Source of the DNA: Histomonas meleagridis 2922-C6/04-290x
Lineage: Eukaryota > Protista > Parabasalia
Direction: 5' to 3'
Length of the DNA stretch: 64,000 nucleotides
Assembly: GCA_020184695.1 (NCBI GenBank)
Contig: JAANOX010000235.1
Span: 102,419-166,418 of the forward strand
This document shows, piece after piece, positions 12,525 to 24,028 of this stretch (position 1 is its first letter; each line of letters opens with the position of its first letter). The translations under genes were made by a program, and so were the position numbers. The notes beneath the pieces were generated by a model. It ran no database searches. It was not told the origin of the DNA and saw only the letters and a list, made by a program, of their open reading frames with translations.

Positions 12525-13190
12525 AACAAACAAAACTACTAATTAATTAAAAAAAAAAATAAATAGTTATAACTAAAATATAAAAGCCAATTAATATATT
12601 GGAATCGTATATTTAAGTAAAAAACACATTATTTTAATTGTTTTTAATTGAAATTTAGCAAAAAAAAAGTTCTTTGGGCGAATGTTGTTCATAAAATTAG
12701 TCTGGTTTAAGGTTATAAGTAAAAAATCTTCTCTCTGGAGAATATCATTGTTATACCTTCTCTAAAAATATAAATAGAATCATTTTGTTATATAAAAAAA
12801 CTAGAAAAAGAAAGATTCGAAGAACCTCAAGAACTTTTGTTTATAATGAGGAGAATTATTTCACACACTCCTATTGAAACTATAACTTATTTAATGAGTA
12901 CACACAAAGATGTAAAGAAGTCATCCAGAAAAAAGGTAGCTAAAATTAATAAACTAAACATAATTTCACATATTTTTGAATATAAATTTATATTTATAAT
13001 GAGTAGGATTCAAAACTTAACCGGACACCCTATATTTTCCCATAATCATAAGACATCATAATTACACATTTCTTCATGTTTACCACCAATAACAAATTCT
13101 ATTTCTATATCTAACACAAAAACAAATTTACATATAAAACATCATAAGTTAAAAAACAAATTCTAATTTAAATGATATTTAAAATATTAT

Positions 13191-14432
13191 TTATTTTCCT
13201 ACCGCCAATCTATATAAGAGGTCACCTATCCAAACACAATTCAATAGCAAATAAATCACGATCAGCACCCAATGCCCCTTTGATATATGATTTCTCAATC
13301 TAATCAACATTATTGCAGGTACCGACGTATGTAATGGGGACAAGAACATATACAAAACCTTTTGCACTATGTTATAAACTTGATCATTAATTGTTGATAA
13401 GAAAATACTTACAATATAAAGCACAATACTAAAAGCAGCCCACATTAGTATTGGTATTTTACCTTCGCTTCCTGATAACATTACCATTGACTTACAAGCA
13501 GCTGCTGTAGGTATTGGTAATGTACATATGAATGATAATGCCCATAAAATTAAGCCAATTTTTGTCGTAGGATTCGACGAATCTGTTTCTAAAAAGAAAT
13601 TAGAGACAACATTAGGTAATGCAATGTATTGGAAAAGGCCACTTAAGAAATTATATACACCAAAAACAATTAATGATGATATAGTCGAATTTCTCATTCG
13701 CTCATAAGTAACACCTTTCATATTAGAATATGCAATGTTGATATAAGCAAAACAAAAATATGCAAAAGTATGATCACGTAAACAATTCGTGAATTGGCTA
13801 AAGGATTTATAAAATGTAAGACCATAAAAATATGATGGTTTGGACTTGGAATTATAAATACTCCAATAAATACTAATAACAAATGTACATAGAACCAAAA
13901 TATATTTGACATCGGAATAAATGGCTAAAATTGAATCTTTGGTCGAAATTAATGTTGGTAAAAGAAGAATAAAACATGAGCATAATGGAAAGATATATGG
14001 ATCTGTGGCAATATCTGATGTGGTACCAATGAAACTACCAAGAAATCCGTTGAAAAATGTTCGCAAATATTTGATATTATCATTTAAAACGGATATACAA
14101 GCTAAAATTATACAGACACTGATAGCCCAACTGAATGGATTGCCTGTTTTTGCCCACATTTTTTCTGGACATAATTCTTTGGTTTTTTTCATTACAAATA
14201 GAATCATGTAAATAGAAAAACTATAAAGAATAACACATACAACATTTGCAAGTAAAGGAATTAAAGCACCTCCATCATAGTAACGAGTCATTGTTGCAGG
14301 TGAAATGCTTAATATTGAATTAAGAAAAATAAATGATGCTTGATAAATTGATATTGATGAAACAGAATTTGGCTTTAGAAGAACAGTATCTTCATTTTCA
14401 TTATTTAGGGAGTGGATCATACTTTGGAACAT
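13191..14432 (-). CDS. Amino-acid transporter family membrane protein
   Basis: About 10-11 hydrophobic segments and an N-terminal FIFLNSILS helix typical of Aa_trans. Start taken as MFQS. Confidence 0.65.
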   Translation of the reverse strand: MFQSMIHSLNNENEDTVLLKPNSVSSISIYQASFIFLNSILSISPATMTRYYDGGALIPLLANVVCVILYSFSIYMILFVMKKTKELCPEKMWAKTGNPFSWAISVCIILACISVLNDNIKYLRTFFNGFLGSFIGTTSDIATDPYIFPLCSCFILLLPTLISTKDSILAIYSDVKYILVLCTFVISIYWSIYNSKSKPSYFYGLTFYKSFSQFTNCLRDHTFAYFCFAYINIAYSNMKGVTYERMRNSTISSLIVFGVYNFLSGLFQYIALPNVVSNFFLETDSSNPTTKIGLILWALSFICTLPIPTAAACKSMVMLSGSEGKIPILMWAAFSIVLYIVSIFLSTINDQVYNIVQKVLYMFLSPLHTSVPAIMLIRLRNHISKGHWVLIVIYLLLNCVWIGDLLYRLAVGK

Positions 14433-14496
14433 TTTGTATCTTTTAAAACGAATCAATATTCAAAAAGTGGAAATCTACAGTTCCCAAAACTTTTCA

Positions 14497-15189
14497 ATGT
14501 TTTATACTAAAACTGTAATAAATCGAATGGCAGCCACAAGAATTTTCTGGGATGGTATATCAAAATTAAATGATCCAAAATTTGTACAAGACACCTCCAA
14601 TTGGATTGAAAGTTTTATTAATACCCCAAATGATTTATTAATTCACATCAATTTTAATACAGATATTAATTTCTCTATTAATCAAAATTACTCATGCTGT
14701 GTCTCATTTTCGTTTGCCCTTGATGAACAATATATTTTAGCAATACATATTTCTCCTATTTTTTCAAAATATCTTTTTTTTACACCTCCATTCGACAAAC
14801 TTAGAAAAGCCATCACAGATAAACAACACCGTATATTTTTTATATCAAAAGAAATCGCTGACGATTCGATATTGCTTTTTCAAAAGATGTTTAAATTTCA
14901 TATTCCTAAAGCATTTATATTATATGAAACAACTAAAGAATGGGAAGAAGCATTTTATTCGACGTCAGCTATAGATAGGCTTCATGAACTTTTGGATCAA
15001 GTTGACATCAATAGGGATGAGATTAAAAATAGTATAAGAAAAGCTTCAACAAATTTGTCATCTCCACACCTCCTTCCCAGTGATGAGAGATATCAACTTG
15101 TTTTAACTATAATCATACTTCACCAAATGATGTTTGCAATAAAGAACAATGAATTTATATCAAAAACAAGAATTCCAATTGGAATGTAA
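14497..15189 (+). CDS. Hypothetical protein
   Basis: Open frame, first ATG at 14497, divergent from the transporter. Confidence 0.6.
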   Translation: MFYTKTVINRMAATRIFWDGISKLNDPKFVQDTSNWIESFINTPNDLLIHINFNTDINFSINQNYSCCVSFSFALDEQYILAIHISPIFSKYLFFTPPFDKLRKAITDKQHRIFFISKEIADDSILLFQKMFKFHIPKAFILYETTKEWEEAFYSTSAIDRLHELLDQVDINRDEIKNSIRKASTNLSSPHLLPSDERYQLVLTIIILHQMMFAIKNNEFISKTRIPIGM

Positions 15190-15411
15190 ATAACTTTAAT
15201 AAATTATTTGTTGTGTTTTATAAAATTTATTTGAATATTAATTTTATGAGATTTAATGTCATCATCTTTTCAAAGGTAATAAAAGAAATTCTCAGTTTGT
15301 TTAGCAGAACCCCAAACAAAGTAAAAATTTATATCTATTAAAACAATACTGTTTTAGCTTTTATGTGTGTCTTTTGTATGCGACCAAATATCGACAGAAA
15401 AATATTTTTAG

Positions 15412-16008
15412 ATGAATACCACCAAAATTGCTGATATTGAGATACCAGAAGAATTAACAAGAGCGCAAAAAGCAGAATTTTTCGTTTTAAAAAGAATGCT
15501 ATCTAAGCTTGAAGGGCAATGGAATGAATTAATAGAAAATTCAAATCCTGAACAAATCCAATATAATCACATACTTGAAAAAGAATATGAAACAAAGTTT
15601 CAACAAATCGAAGCGCTTAGAGAGCTAAATCTTCAAATTGCAAAAAAGCAATACGAAGAAGAAAAAGCTAAAATTGAAGCAGACTTTGAGGAAAACAAAA
15701 AAAATTTATTTAAACAAATCATCCACGGATACCATAGCTATTATGTTACAATAATGAACCACCTGAAAGAACTGATGGGTTCTGATTTTAATTCATTTTT
15801 ATCAGCGAATGAAATTGATTTCCCTCAGATTCAAGAAAAAACAAGAGGAGAAAAGAAGCCAATGCATCAACCTGAAGAAGTCAAACTTGTGCTTACACAT
15901 TATGATAGTGAAAAGCAAATTAAAAAGATTATCAGTTCAGCTGCAGAATCAAGAGCAGCCACAACAACAGAATCCGATGGAGGCGAAAGTCATAGTCATA
16001 GTGAATAG
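15412..16008 (+). CDS. Coiled-coil protein, Sds3/BRMS1-like
   Basis: Heptad-rich segment LRELNLQIAKKQYEEEKAKIEADFEENKKNLF resembles Sds3-like proteins; similarity judged by eye. Confidence 0.45.
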   Translation: MNTTKIADIEIPEELTRAQKAEFFVLKRMLSKLEGQWNELIENSNPEQIQYNHILEKEYETKFQQIEALRELNLQIAKKQYEEEKAKIEADFEENKKNLFKQIIHGYHSYYVTIMNHLKELMGSDFNSFLSANEIDFPQIQEKTRGEKKPMHQPEEVKLVLTHYDSEKQIKKIISSAAESRAATTTESDGGESHSHSE

Positions 16009-16784
16009 ATTATTAAAATTGTGTTTTGCAATACATAAAAAATAGCTAATTTATCAAAGAAATTAATTTTTATAAAATTTACTCGTTTATTTTAATATAT
16101 TTCCCAAAAAAATTATCCTATTGGAAAAATTCTTCAAACTAACGTCTTCTTCGAAAAGTGCTGGTAATTTTTTTTTATTTGTTTTTTTCATTTTTATTAT
16201 TTAGTGTTATCGTATTTGTTTATTATAAGAGTAGTCACTCGAAAATATAAATCGCTAGCATTATACCAGTAAGACGTTACTGAATTTACATATTTGAATT
16301 TAAATTTATTGACTAAATTCAAGTAACACTTATAAATTTACATTTTCGCCATTAATAATATATTTTTCTTTTGATTGCAAGTTCTTAAAATTTACCATTA
16401 TGGTGTCAGAATCAAATTCATTTTTTTTATAAGAATAAAAGTCCATGTTCAAAAGTCATTTTTCACGGGGGTTATTTGAATCAAAATTAATACGACATAA
16501 CGATTTGCATTGAATTTGTAGACAATTCTTATTCAGCCATGATTCAAAAATTTCTATGTGGTTATACAACGATATTTTATGTCAAAAAATTATTCGGGTT
16601 TAATTGATATAATTACAAACATAAGTTTTCAACCAGTAACTCATCTCATTCATCACATAAATTGAAAGATAATGATTATCATTTTCTTTGATAATTCTGA
16701 TCGGATTTCTTCATGATCTCGTAAATAATAAGTGAGATGATCTGCTTTTCAATCAATTATTGCGGTTATTCAGCAAAACAGAAA

Positions 16785-19700
16785 ATGAGCTCGTACAACA
16801 AATTCTGTTCAACTGTTGCAAAATTTCAGATAAAAACGCCGGAAGAAATCATGTCTTTTAGCAGTTGTGCGGATAAAATTACACCAAGAGGCTTCAATCT
16901 TTATCAAGAATATATGATATTAACCAGAATAAAACCTGTGTTTAAAGAGATCTATGACATGATCCCTTTAACTGCAGGTGGTTCTCAACCAATGCTTCTT
17001 ACAAATTATAACAAAATTAGTCAATTGTTGAACATTGTGAAAGGCTTAGTTGCTGAATCTGATAAAGTTTCTCCAAAAGAGCTTCAATGCCAAGGAGTCA
17101 TAGCAGAAATCGAGACAAATATTTCTAAATTTGGAGAATATGTTCCACATCTTACATCTTCAATGGCACCTACATACCAGGCATACATTCCACAACTTCA
17201 AGAATTCCTTCAGAACTCAATGGTTCTTATTGACAAAGCCATAGATTTGACATCCAAAAGTCAAGCTGATTCACTTAAGTCATGTCCCCCAATTAACCTC
17301 GAGCAAATTCCAAATGCACATCTTGAAGTTGCCTTAGCGTCAACGCTTACGTCCTTAATGATAGATCTTATTTTTATTATTTCAGCTGAGCAAATCAAAG
17401 AGTCACAATATGCCACAAACATCAAAGAATGGATTGACCACATTACCAAATCAATTGTTGCTATTTTTGCCAACATTAATCAACCATCACATATTATCAT
17501 AAATAACATACGAGTTTTATCCTGGATCAAACCCTCCATAATCTCAATATTATCACTCATAGAATCCACATGTCCTAATATGGATGATTTTCTTTATGCA
17601 TCAGTCCATGCTATTACACTTCAACAACTTTATTATACATTAGAAACTACAGACACAGTCAATTCCACAATCGAAATTGTACGACAAATTGGTTTATCAT
17701 ATGCTAATAAGCAACAAATGAAGAATTTCATTCCATCATTAAAAGCAATATTAGCAATTGTTGGAACACGTATTGAAGAAGGAAGTTTCATATATAGTGG
17801 GAGTAGTATCAAAGCAACATATTCCACATTAATTGGTGTTATGGAAATCTTTGAGAAAGAGAGTTATGAATCACAAGCGATTATAGCATATACAATATGT
17901 CGTCTTTATGCATTAACAATTGGAAGTTTTAATGGTGGCGACATGATATTATCAAAGATTTCCACTGAAATATCGGAAATATTAAAGAAAATCTTTGAAG
18001 AAGAACTTAATTCGGTTGCATTAATCCAAAAGGCTTATTCAACAAATTTATCTTCATTTGATGAGAAAGTATTAGGACAATTAAGTTATCATGTATCACA
18101 ACTTAATTCCATACAAAAGATTGATCCGTCATCGAATTTCTTTATCGAAACAATTCGTAGAGCTCATGATTCAATCGGATCATTACCAATGGTAATATTA
18201 CGAGTTATAGATAAATGTACAAATAATAAGATCCAAACCATATTTCAGAATGAACATAGTAACTTATTAACAAATGCAGAATGTTTCACTAAATGGACAT
18301 CCGAATTATTATTAACATTATCTACAAATGTACAATTAAGAGTAGAAGCAGCAAGTAATACATTATCATATTTACAAACACTTAAAATCGATTTACCAAA
18401 TGGAATTCCGACAATATTATCAAATATTAATGGTTTAATGCAATCTACACCACAATATATCTTAATGGGCTTTTCTGATGTTAATAAGTTATTAGAGAAC
18501 TTAAATATTATTCGACAAAATTCTACAGCAATTTTAACTAAGTTATCAGAATATGAACAAACAAAAATATATACATTATTATCATTATTAGTTAAAGCAT
18601 TTAAGATATATACAAGTGATTTTATCTCATGTGCAAATCAATTAACAAATTATATAATGTTTCAAGAAGTAGAAGATTTAGTTTCATCATTAACATCATT
18701 ATCTACACAAATAGTACCAATGATTACTGAAGCAAGTATTAAATTTAAACAATCACAAGAATCATTTTATTATTTCTTTTCTAAACCTTATTCTGGTATT
18801 AATACGATATGTTCAATTATACAAAAATATCCAAACTTAGCAGGTACATTAATTAATTTCCCGACAACAGCTAAAACTATTTTAGAAGTAGTTTGGCCTA
18901 TAGCTGCAGAAGTAGCACAAAAAATACCTACTGCAGATACTAATAACTTATTAATGTATACTAATACATTACCTAAGAAATTAACTGACTTATCAACAAC
19001 ATTATTAACTATGCCTCAACCACAAGAAAATGTTAATATTCCTGAAGAACTTCGAGAACTTACTAAGTTAGAACAAAGTTCACAAAAGTTATCACCACAA
19101 TTAAAATATTATGCGCAAATATTATTAGGTTGGGTTAAAGATGGAAAGACACAAAATGCTTTACCATTAGTTAAACAATGGTTTAAAGCAGTAATTAATC
19201 CTTCAAATGATTATAATGATGCATGTCAAAAGTTCCTTTTATCATTATGGAAATTATTATCGAAATCTTCAGATACTAATCAATTTTTAGATTCATTTTG
19301 TTATTTCTCAGTATCTATGGGTAAACATGAAAATGCATTTGGTGAACAATATACAGAATTTGTAAAGAAAAGACATACGTCAATATATAACTCAGTACAT
19401 ACATTATTAAATGGTGAAAAACATTTAACACGATTTGGATTAAAAGTTATATCAGATCTTGTACAAATAATGTCAATTAGTACATATTCATCAATTAAAT
19501 CAGAAGATATTCAAACGACATTAAAATCGGAATATATTAATGTAATATTAGCAATTAAAAAATATTCGGAAAATCATAAAAGTATTAAAGTTACAATAGC
19601 AGTAGTACAAAGTATTAATCAATTATTAACATTATTTTATATTGCAGAATTAAATAATCAATCAGAAAAATCATCAATTAATAATGATACATTTAAACCT

Positions 19701-21860
19701 ATACTTACTGCTATAATGAATAAGAAAGAAACACAAGAATTAACTACATCAATTATCTCAAAGATATCACAACGATTATGGGAATTATCACCAAATCTTT
19801 ATACAAAATTAACAAAAATGACTGAAGCTGATATAGTATGTGATGAAATTTATGATCGAGTCGAAATATTTAGATCAGTTGGTAATAATATATTAAAACA
19901 ATCAAATATTAAAGAAGCACAACAAGAAGAATTAATTAAATATTTAAAGTCTTATATAATATCATCATTAGAAGCAGGAGAATTATCATATCATTCAATC
20001 CAATTAAGGAATCTTAAGAATACAACATTAACAAATTCATTTGTTGAAAGTTATTCAAAGATATTTTCAACACTTTATAACTTTTCATCAACTACTTTAA
20101 CTATATTAACTAATACTGAATCACTTAATATGAAATTACGTATGCAAAATCGTTCAATAGCACGTGAATTAGATAATTTCATTAATTATTCCGAAAATCC
20201 TCCAAAACCTGAATCACCAGAACCAGGATTTAAGACACTTATGCAAACATTATTTGTTACGTTATCTACATTAATGATTCATATTTCACGTACTATAATA
20301 TCAGCTACTAAATCTATTGTAAATGAAATGTATGAACAAAAAGATAAAACTATCCAAACTGATTTAAATGAATCAATTAAAGAATTCGAAAATATTTCAA
20401 CTACTATTCGTTCTAAAGCTTTTGGACCTTTAGCTATGGACTTTTCGACAAACATTGTACAAATTGATTCGACACTTAAACAATTTGTTAATAATTCCAT
20501 AAATTTAGACTTCAAAAATGAATTACCAGTAATAACATTATTACAACATATCCAAACTATAGGAGAATCATCATTACGATTATGTCAAATAGCACCAACG
20601 ATTATTGATAAATCAGTTGGACCAGATCAAATTAGTGCTGATAAGATACCGAATAAATTCGAGTTACCAATAATGCCCGAAATTAATTTGATACCTATTG
20701 ATGCATATCAAGAATTAATGGAAGAGAAGCCTACATATGAAGGATTAATTGATACATATAAGAAAACATTTAATAATACTGAAAGTCAAAATGAAGAACT
20801 TGTTGAAATCACATTAAAATTATTTAATGGGTCTAAAACATTTGTTAATTTATTATTACAAGTCGTTGTCTCAAGTTATGATAAACATTTACAAATCCAA
20901 TTACAAACAGAAATTCATACATATGTAACAAATATTAATAATATATTACAATCGACAAAAGATTTCTTATTACGTAAATCGAATTATGAAGAAAACCTTA
21001 ATGAATCAATTGAAGTCTTTGTCACACAAATACCAAAATTAATATCATTAGCAGAACAAATCTCTAAAGTAGAAGAACCAGCAAATAATAATGAAGTTGA
21101 TGAAGAAGAAAAAGATGAAGTTACACGAGAACTTGCAGCTACATCACGTGCAATTGAAGAGATGACGACACGATTAGCGAACTTTGGAAATCAAATTAAC
21201 ATTGAAGATAATGAAGATGATGAAGATAATTATCAAGAAGAAGAAGTTGGTGAAGATGTAAACATTGATGATTCAACTAATGATACTGAACGAATCACAA
21301 ACATTGAAGCAGAACAAGGTACATTACCAGCGTTTGTTATATCACATGCAACGCCAATATTACAAAACACTTCATTAATCCTAAAACGTGCACAAGAAAT
21401 CACACAAAAAATTATCGAAAATGTTGGACATATACAAAATGAAAAATTAATTATTAAAGTTGCACAAGATTTATCGGAATCTGCAGAATTACTTTTGATC
21501 ACTGCCGAAATATTAATACAAGGAACAGAGAAAGAAGCCGAATATAAAGTGGTGACTGCCGCAAAGATTATTAAGGCTTCGATTTCATCATTGGTGACAC
21601 AAGTGTTGGCAAACGGCGGAGATAGTGAAGGAATTATGAATAACTATGTAAGAAACGTGGCAATACATACAAATAAGATCATTAGAAAGGCAACAAAGAT
21701 TATTAAAGAAGGTTACGCAGTGGAAGAGGCAAAACAACCAAAGAGAGTCACCGCAAACGCAATGATCGGAAGATTGAATATCCAGAATAAGATTAACCAA
21801 TACCAGAAATTGCTTTTGGATGAAGAGGCGCAACTTAAGCAATTTAGAAAGAGATTCTAA
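16785..21860 (+). CDS. Large helical-bundle protein with C-terminal I/LWEQ (talin/HIP1R-like) domain
   Basis: ~1690 aa intact ORF. C-terminal LIIKVAQDLSESAELL..VVTAAKIIKASISSLV..MIGRLNIQNKINQYQKLLLDEEAQLKQFRK matches THATCH-domain architecture, after an acidic linker. Confidence 0.65.
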   Translation: MSSYNKFCSTVAKFQIKTPEEIMSFSSCADKITPRGFNLYQEYMILTRIKPVFKEIYDMIPLTAGGSQPMLLTNYNKISQLLNIVKGLVAESDKVSPKELQCQGVIAEIETNISKFGEYVPHLTSSMAPTYQAYIPQLQEFLQNSMVLIDKAIDLTSKSQADSLKSCPPINLEQIPNAHLEVALASTLTSLMIDLIFIISAEQIKESQYATNIKEWIDHITKSIVAIFANINQPSHIIINNIRVLSWIKPSIISILSLIESTCPNMDDFLYASVHAITLQQLYYTLETTDTVNSTIEIVRQIGLSYANKQQMKNFIPSLKAILAIVGTRIEEGSFIYSGSSIKATYSTLIGVMEIFEKESYESQAIIAYTICRLYALTIGSFNGGDMILSKISTEISEILKKIFEEELNSVALIQKAYSTNLSSFDEKVLGQLSYHVSQLNSIQKIDPSSNFFIETIRRAHDSIGSLPMVILRVIDKCTNNKIQTIFQNEHSNLLTNAECFTKWTSELLLTLSTNVQLRVEAASNTLSYLQTLKIDLPNGIPTILSNINGLMQSTPQYILMGFSDVNKLLENLNIIRQNSTAILTKLSEYEQTKIYTLLSLLVKAFKIYTSDFISCANQLTNYIMFQEVEDLVSSLTSLSTQIVPMITEASIKFKQSQESFYYFFSKPYSGINTICSIIQKYPNLAGTLINFPTTAKTILEVVWPIAAEVAQKIPTADTNNLLMYTNTLPKKLTDLSTTLLTMPQPQENVNIPEELRELTKLEQSSQKLSPQLKYYAQILLGWVKDGKTQNALPLVKQWFKAVINPSNDYNDACQKFLLSLWKLLSKSSDTNQFLDSFCYFSVSMGKHENAFGEQYTEFVKKRHTSIYNSVHTLLNGEKHLTRFGLKVISDLVQIMSISTYSSIKSEDIQTTLKSEYINVILAIKKYSENHKSIKVTIAVVQSINQLLTLFYIAELNNQSEKSSINNDTFKPILTAIMNKKETQELTTSIISKISQRLWELSPNLYTKLTKMTEADIVCDEIYDRVEIFRSVGNNILKQSNIKEAQQEELIKYLKSYIISSLEAGELSYHSIQLRNLKNTTLTNSFVESYSKIFSTLYNFSSTTLTILTNTESLNMKLRMQNRSIARELDNFINYSENPPKPESPEPGFKTLMQTLFVTLSTLMIHISRTIISATKSIVNEMYEQKDKTIQTDLNESIKEFENISTTIRSKAFGPLAMDFSTNIVQIDSTLKQFVNNSINLDFKNELPVITLLQHIQTIGESSLRLCQIAPTIIDKSVGPDQISADKIPNKFELPIMPEINLIPIDAYQELMEEKPTYEGLIDTYKKTFNNTESQNEELVEITLKLFNGSKTFVNLLLQVVVSSYDKHLQIQLQTEIHTYVTNINNILQSTKDFLLRKSNYEENLNESIEVFVTQIPKLISLAEQISKVEEPANNNEVDEEEKDEVTRELAATSRAIEEMTTRLANFGNQINIEDNEDDEDNYQEEEVGEDVNIDDSTNDTERITNIEAEQGTLPAFVISHATPILQNTSLILKRAQEITQKIIENVGHIQNEKLIIKVAQDLSESAELLLITAEILIQGTEKEAEYKVVTAAKIIKASISSLVTQVLANGGDSEGIMNNYVRNVAIHTNKIIRKATKIIKEGYAVEEAKQPKRVTANAMIGRLNIQNKINQYQKLLLDEEAQLKQFRKRF

Positions 21861-21974
21861 AAGTTACCTCGCAATCATTAATCTGTTTTCTTTTTGATTT
21901 TTTTTGTTTTACTTCTTTCTGCTGTATCTTAAACTACTGAAATAAATAAATAATCCGAAATAAGATTCAGGAAT

Positions 21975-22605
21975 ATGCTTCGGTATACGTCTTTTGAGGA
22001 TATGGTTTCTTTAGAGAGCTTTAAAAAGATAACTTCTATTAGATTTCAATTTGTTGATTATAAGAAAGGTAAAAGAGTTGGTGGAGGATTCTTTCCTTAT
22101 ATTAATATTACTGATATTGATTTAACAAGATATGGAATTTTTAATAATACAAATGATCCTTTAATAAATGAACCTTGCATAGTTAAATCATTTAAAAGTA
22201 TTTCCACGCAAATAACTTGCTGGAATGATATCTTTATAAGGTTTTTTACCAGTAATTTTATTAAATAATAAAATTTTATTAAATAATACTGTATATTTGT
22301 TAGCTTTTTTATTATGATCAATAAATGTTGCTTTATTTTTGAAAAAAAGCTACTGTAGTATTATCTATTATCGAAGTAATCTTTCCAATAATCATGCTAT
22401 TTATTTTTGTTGTTAAGACAGTATCATCATCTAAAATACTACCATCATATAATATTATATCACCATATTCATTATATGATATTCCTGTTAATTTATTATG
22501 AATATCAGTTAAATTATCATTCGATAAATATTGATCATGAGTATGATTTGTTAATGAAAAGATTGTTGTCAACAGGTATCTTTTGATATGTCTATCGTTT
22601 GTCAA
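21975..22605. other. Gene fragments, possibly of virus-like/Maverick origin
   Basis: Short ORF RVGGGFFPYINITDIDLTRYGIF (21975-22268, +) recalls proteins of large DNA transposons or viruses (from memory only); second fragment on the minus strand. Confidence 0.3.
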
Positions 22606-22950
22606 CAGATTTTTGGTGCCAAAAATGTTCCCGAACAGTAACTATTATGAAGCAATTCTAATGAAAATGAATAGTGTTTAAAATGTACAAATTGAAAAAA
22701 TACATTTGAATAAAATTAACAGATGAACAATGATGCTTGTACTTTAAATTACTTTAAAATGTCATAAAGTAATCTTCTTTATCATCATTTCATAGCTATG
22801 AAATAAAAAATAAACTTAAAAATAAGCTGATTTTTGATACCATAAAGTGATAACCTTTTAAGATTTGGAATGTAATACATTTAAGTCGAATAAATTTTAC
22901 GCTGACATCCAAACCTTGATGATGATTAACAAAAAAATTTAAATAAATAT

Positions 22951-23607
22951 TTACAATATCAAACAACATTTTGATTTTGCTTCTGAAGACTTTTGTGGAG
23001 TTGCAATAGGTGCCTTTTTCTCTGAGTTAAGAAGCTTTGGTTCTGCTTCTGTATCTGTGTAAATGATGTTTGACTCCGTCACGCCTTTGTCCGTGTTTAC
23101 GTCGTCAGCTTTTCTCCATTTTGGTTCATCTGTTTCCTCTATTTGAACAGAAGGTTGAGGTGTCGGCTCTTTTACTTCCTCTTCCTCCTCTTTTGATTTT
23201 TCTTTCTCTTTTGATTGAGGTTCAGTTTCAGATGCAAAACTGATTTGACTCATATCATTCTGTTTTTTGGCTTCTGATTGATCATCACTGGATGAGCTTG
23301 TATCATTTTGAATATCATCTTGAGTGCTTTTTGCTATTTCTTCTAAGTCTTGCATTGTTGATTCACCAAATGGAATATCTTTGGGATCATGTTTACTAAT
23401 CTCACTTGTATTTTCATCATCACAATCATCAGCTATTCGGCTAAACCCATCGGGCATTTGAGATATTGAGCCTCGCCGACTTGAAGGATCAATTTTTGTT
23501 GGTATTTCAGAAGAGGATGATGAAGTGGGAGCATAACTTTCAGGTTCGAAGTAAGATGACTCCCTGTCATCAATCTTGACATCTTTATCACCCGTTTCAC
23601 TTTCCAT
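22951..23607 (-). CDS. Acidic low-complexity protein with C-terminal CaaX (CCLIL)
   Basis: 218 aa ORF ending KSKCCLIL, a prenylation/palmitoylation-type motif. Confidence 0.75.
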   Translation of the reverse strand: MESETGDKDVKIDDRESSYFEPESYAPTSSSSSEIPTKIDPSSRRGSISQMPDGFSRIADDCDDENTSEISKHDPKDIPFGESTMQDLEEIAKSTQDDIQNDTSSSSDDQSEAKKQNDMSQISFASETEPQSKEKEKSKEEEEEVKEPTPQPSVQIEETDEPKWRKADDVNTDKGVTESNIIYTDTEAEPKLLNSEKKAPIATPQKSSEAKSKCCLIL

Positions 23608-24028
23608 GTGCTGTTTTGAAATTCAAGCTTGAATGAAGCCTATCGATGTTTACGTAAACCATTGAATTATACACACAAATTTATCATCAATGCAAAATGC
23701 AATATCATTGCTTTGGAATACACTCAAGTCAAAGTCTAGAAACGTATTGGCGAATTCAAATATTTCCTCCAATTTTAAAAATTATATACTTTTAGATTTT
23801 TGTATTGATTGATTGAATTTCAAAATATTTATAAATAAAGGACTAAACACAATAATTACATCCTTATATTCTAACTAAGCTATTAAGCTCTATGCTTTTC
23901 ATAAACATTTTATTTTTCAACTTCCTTTCACATGAAATTTTTTACGAAGAAGACTTCTTTCATTTGATAAAATCGAAAATTTTCATCATGAAATATTTAT
24001 TCAACATAAGCTTTACATAATGTTTACT

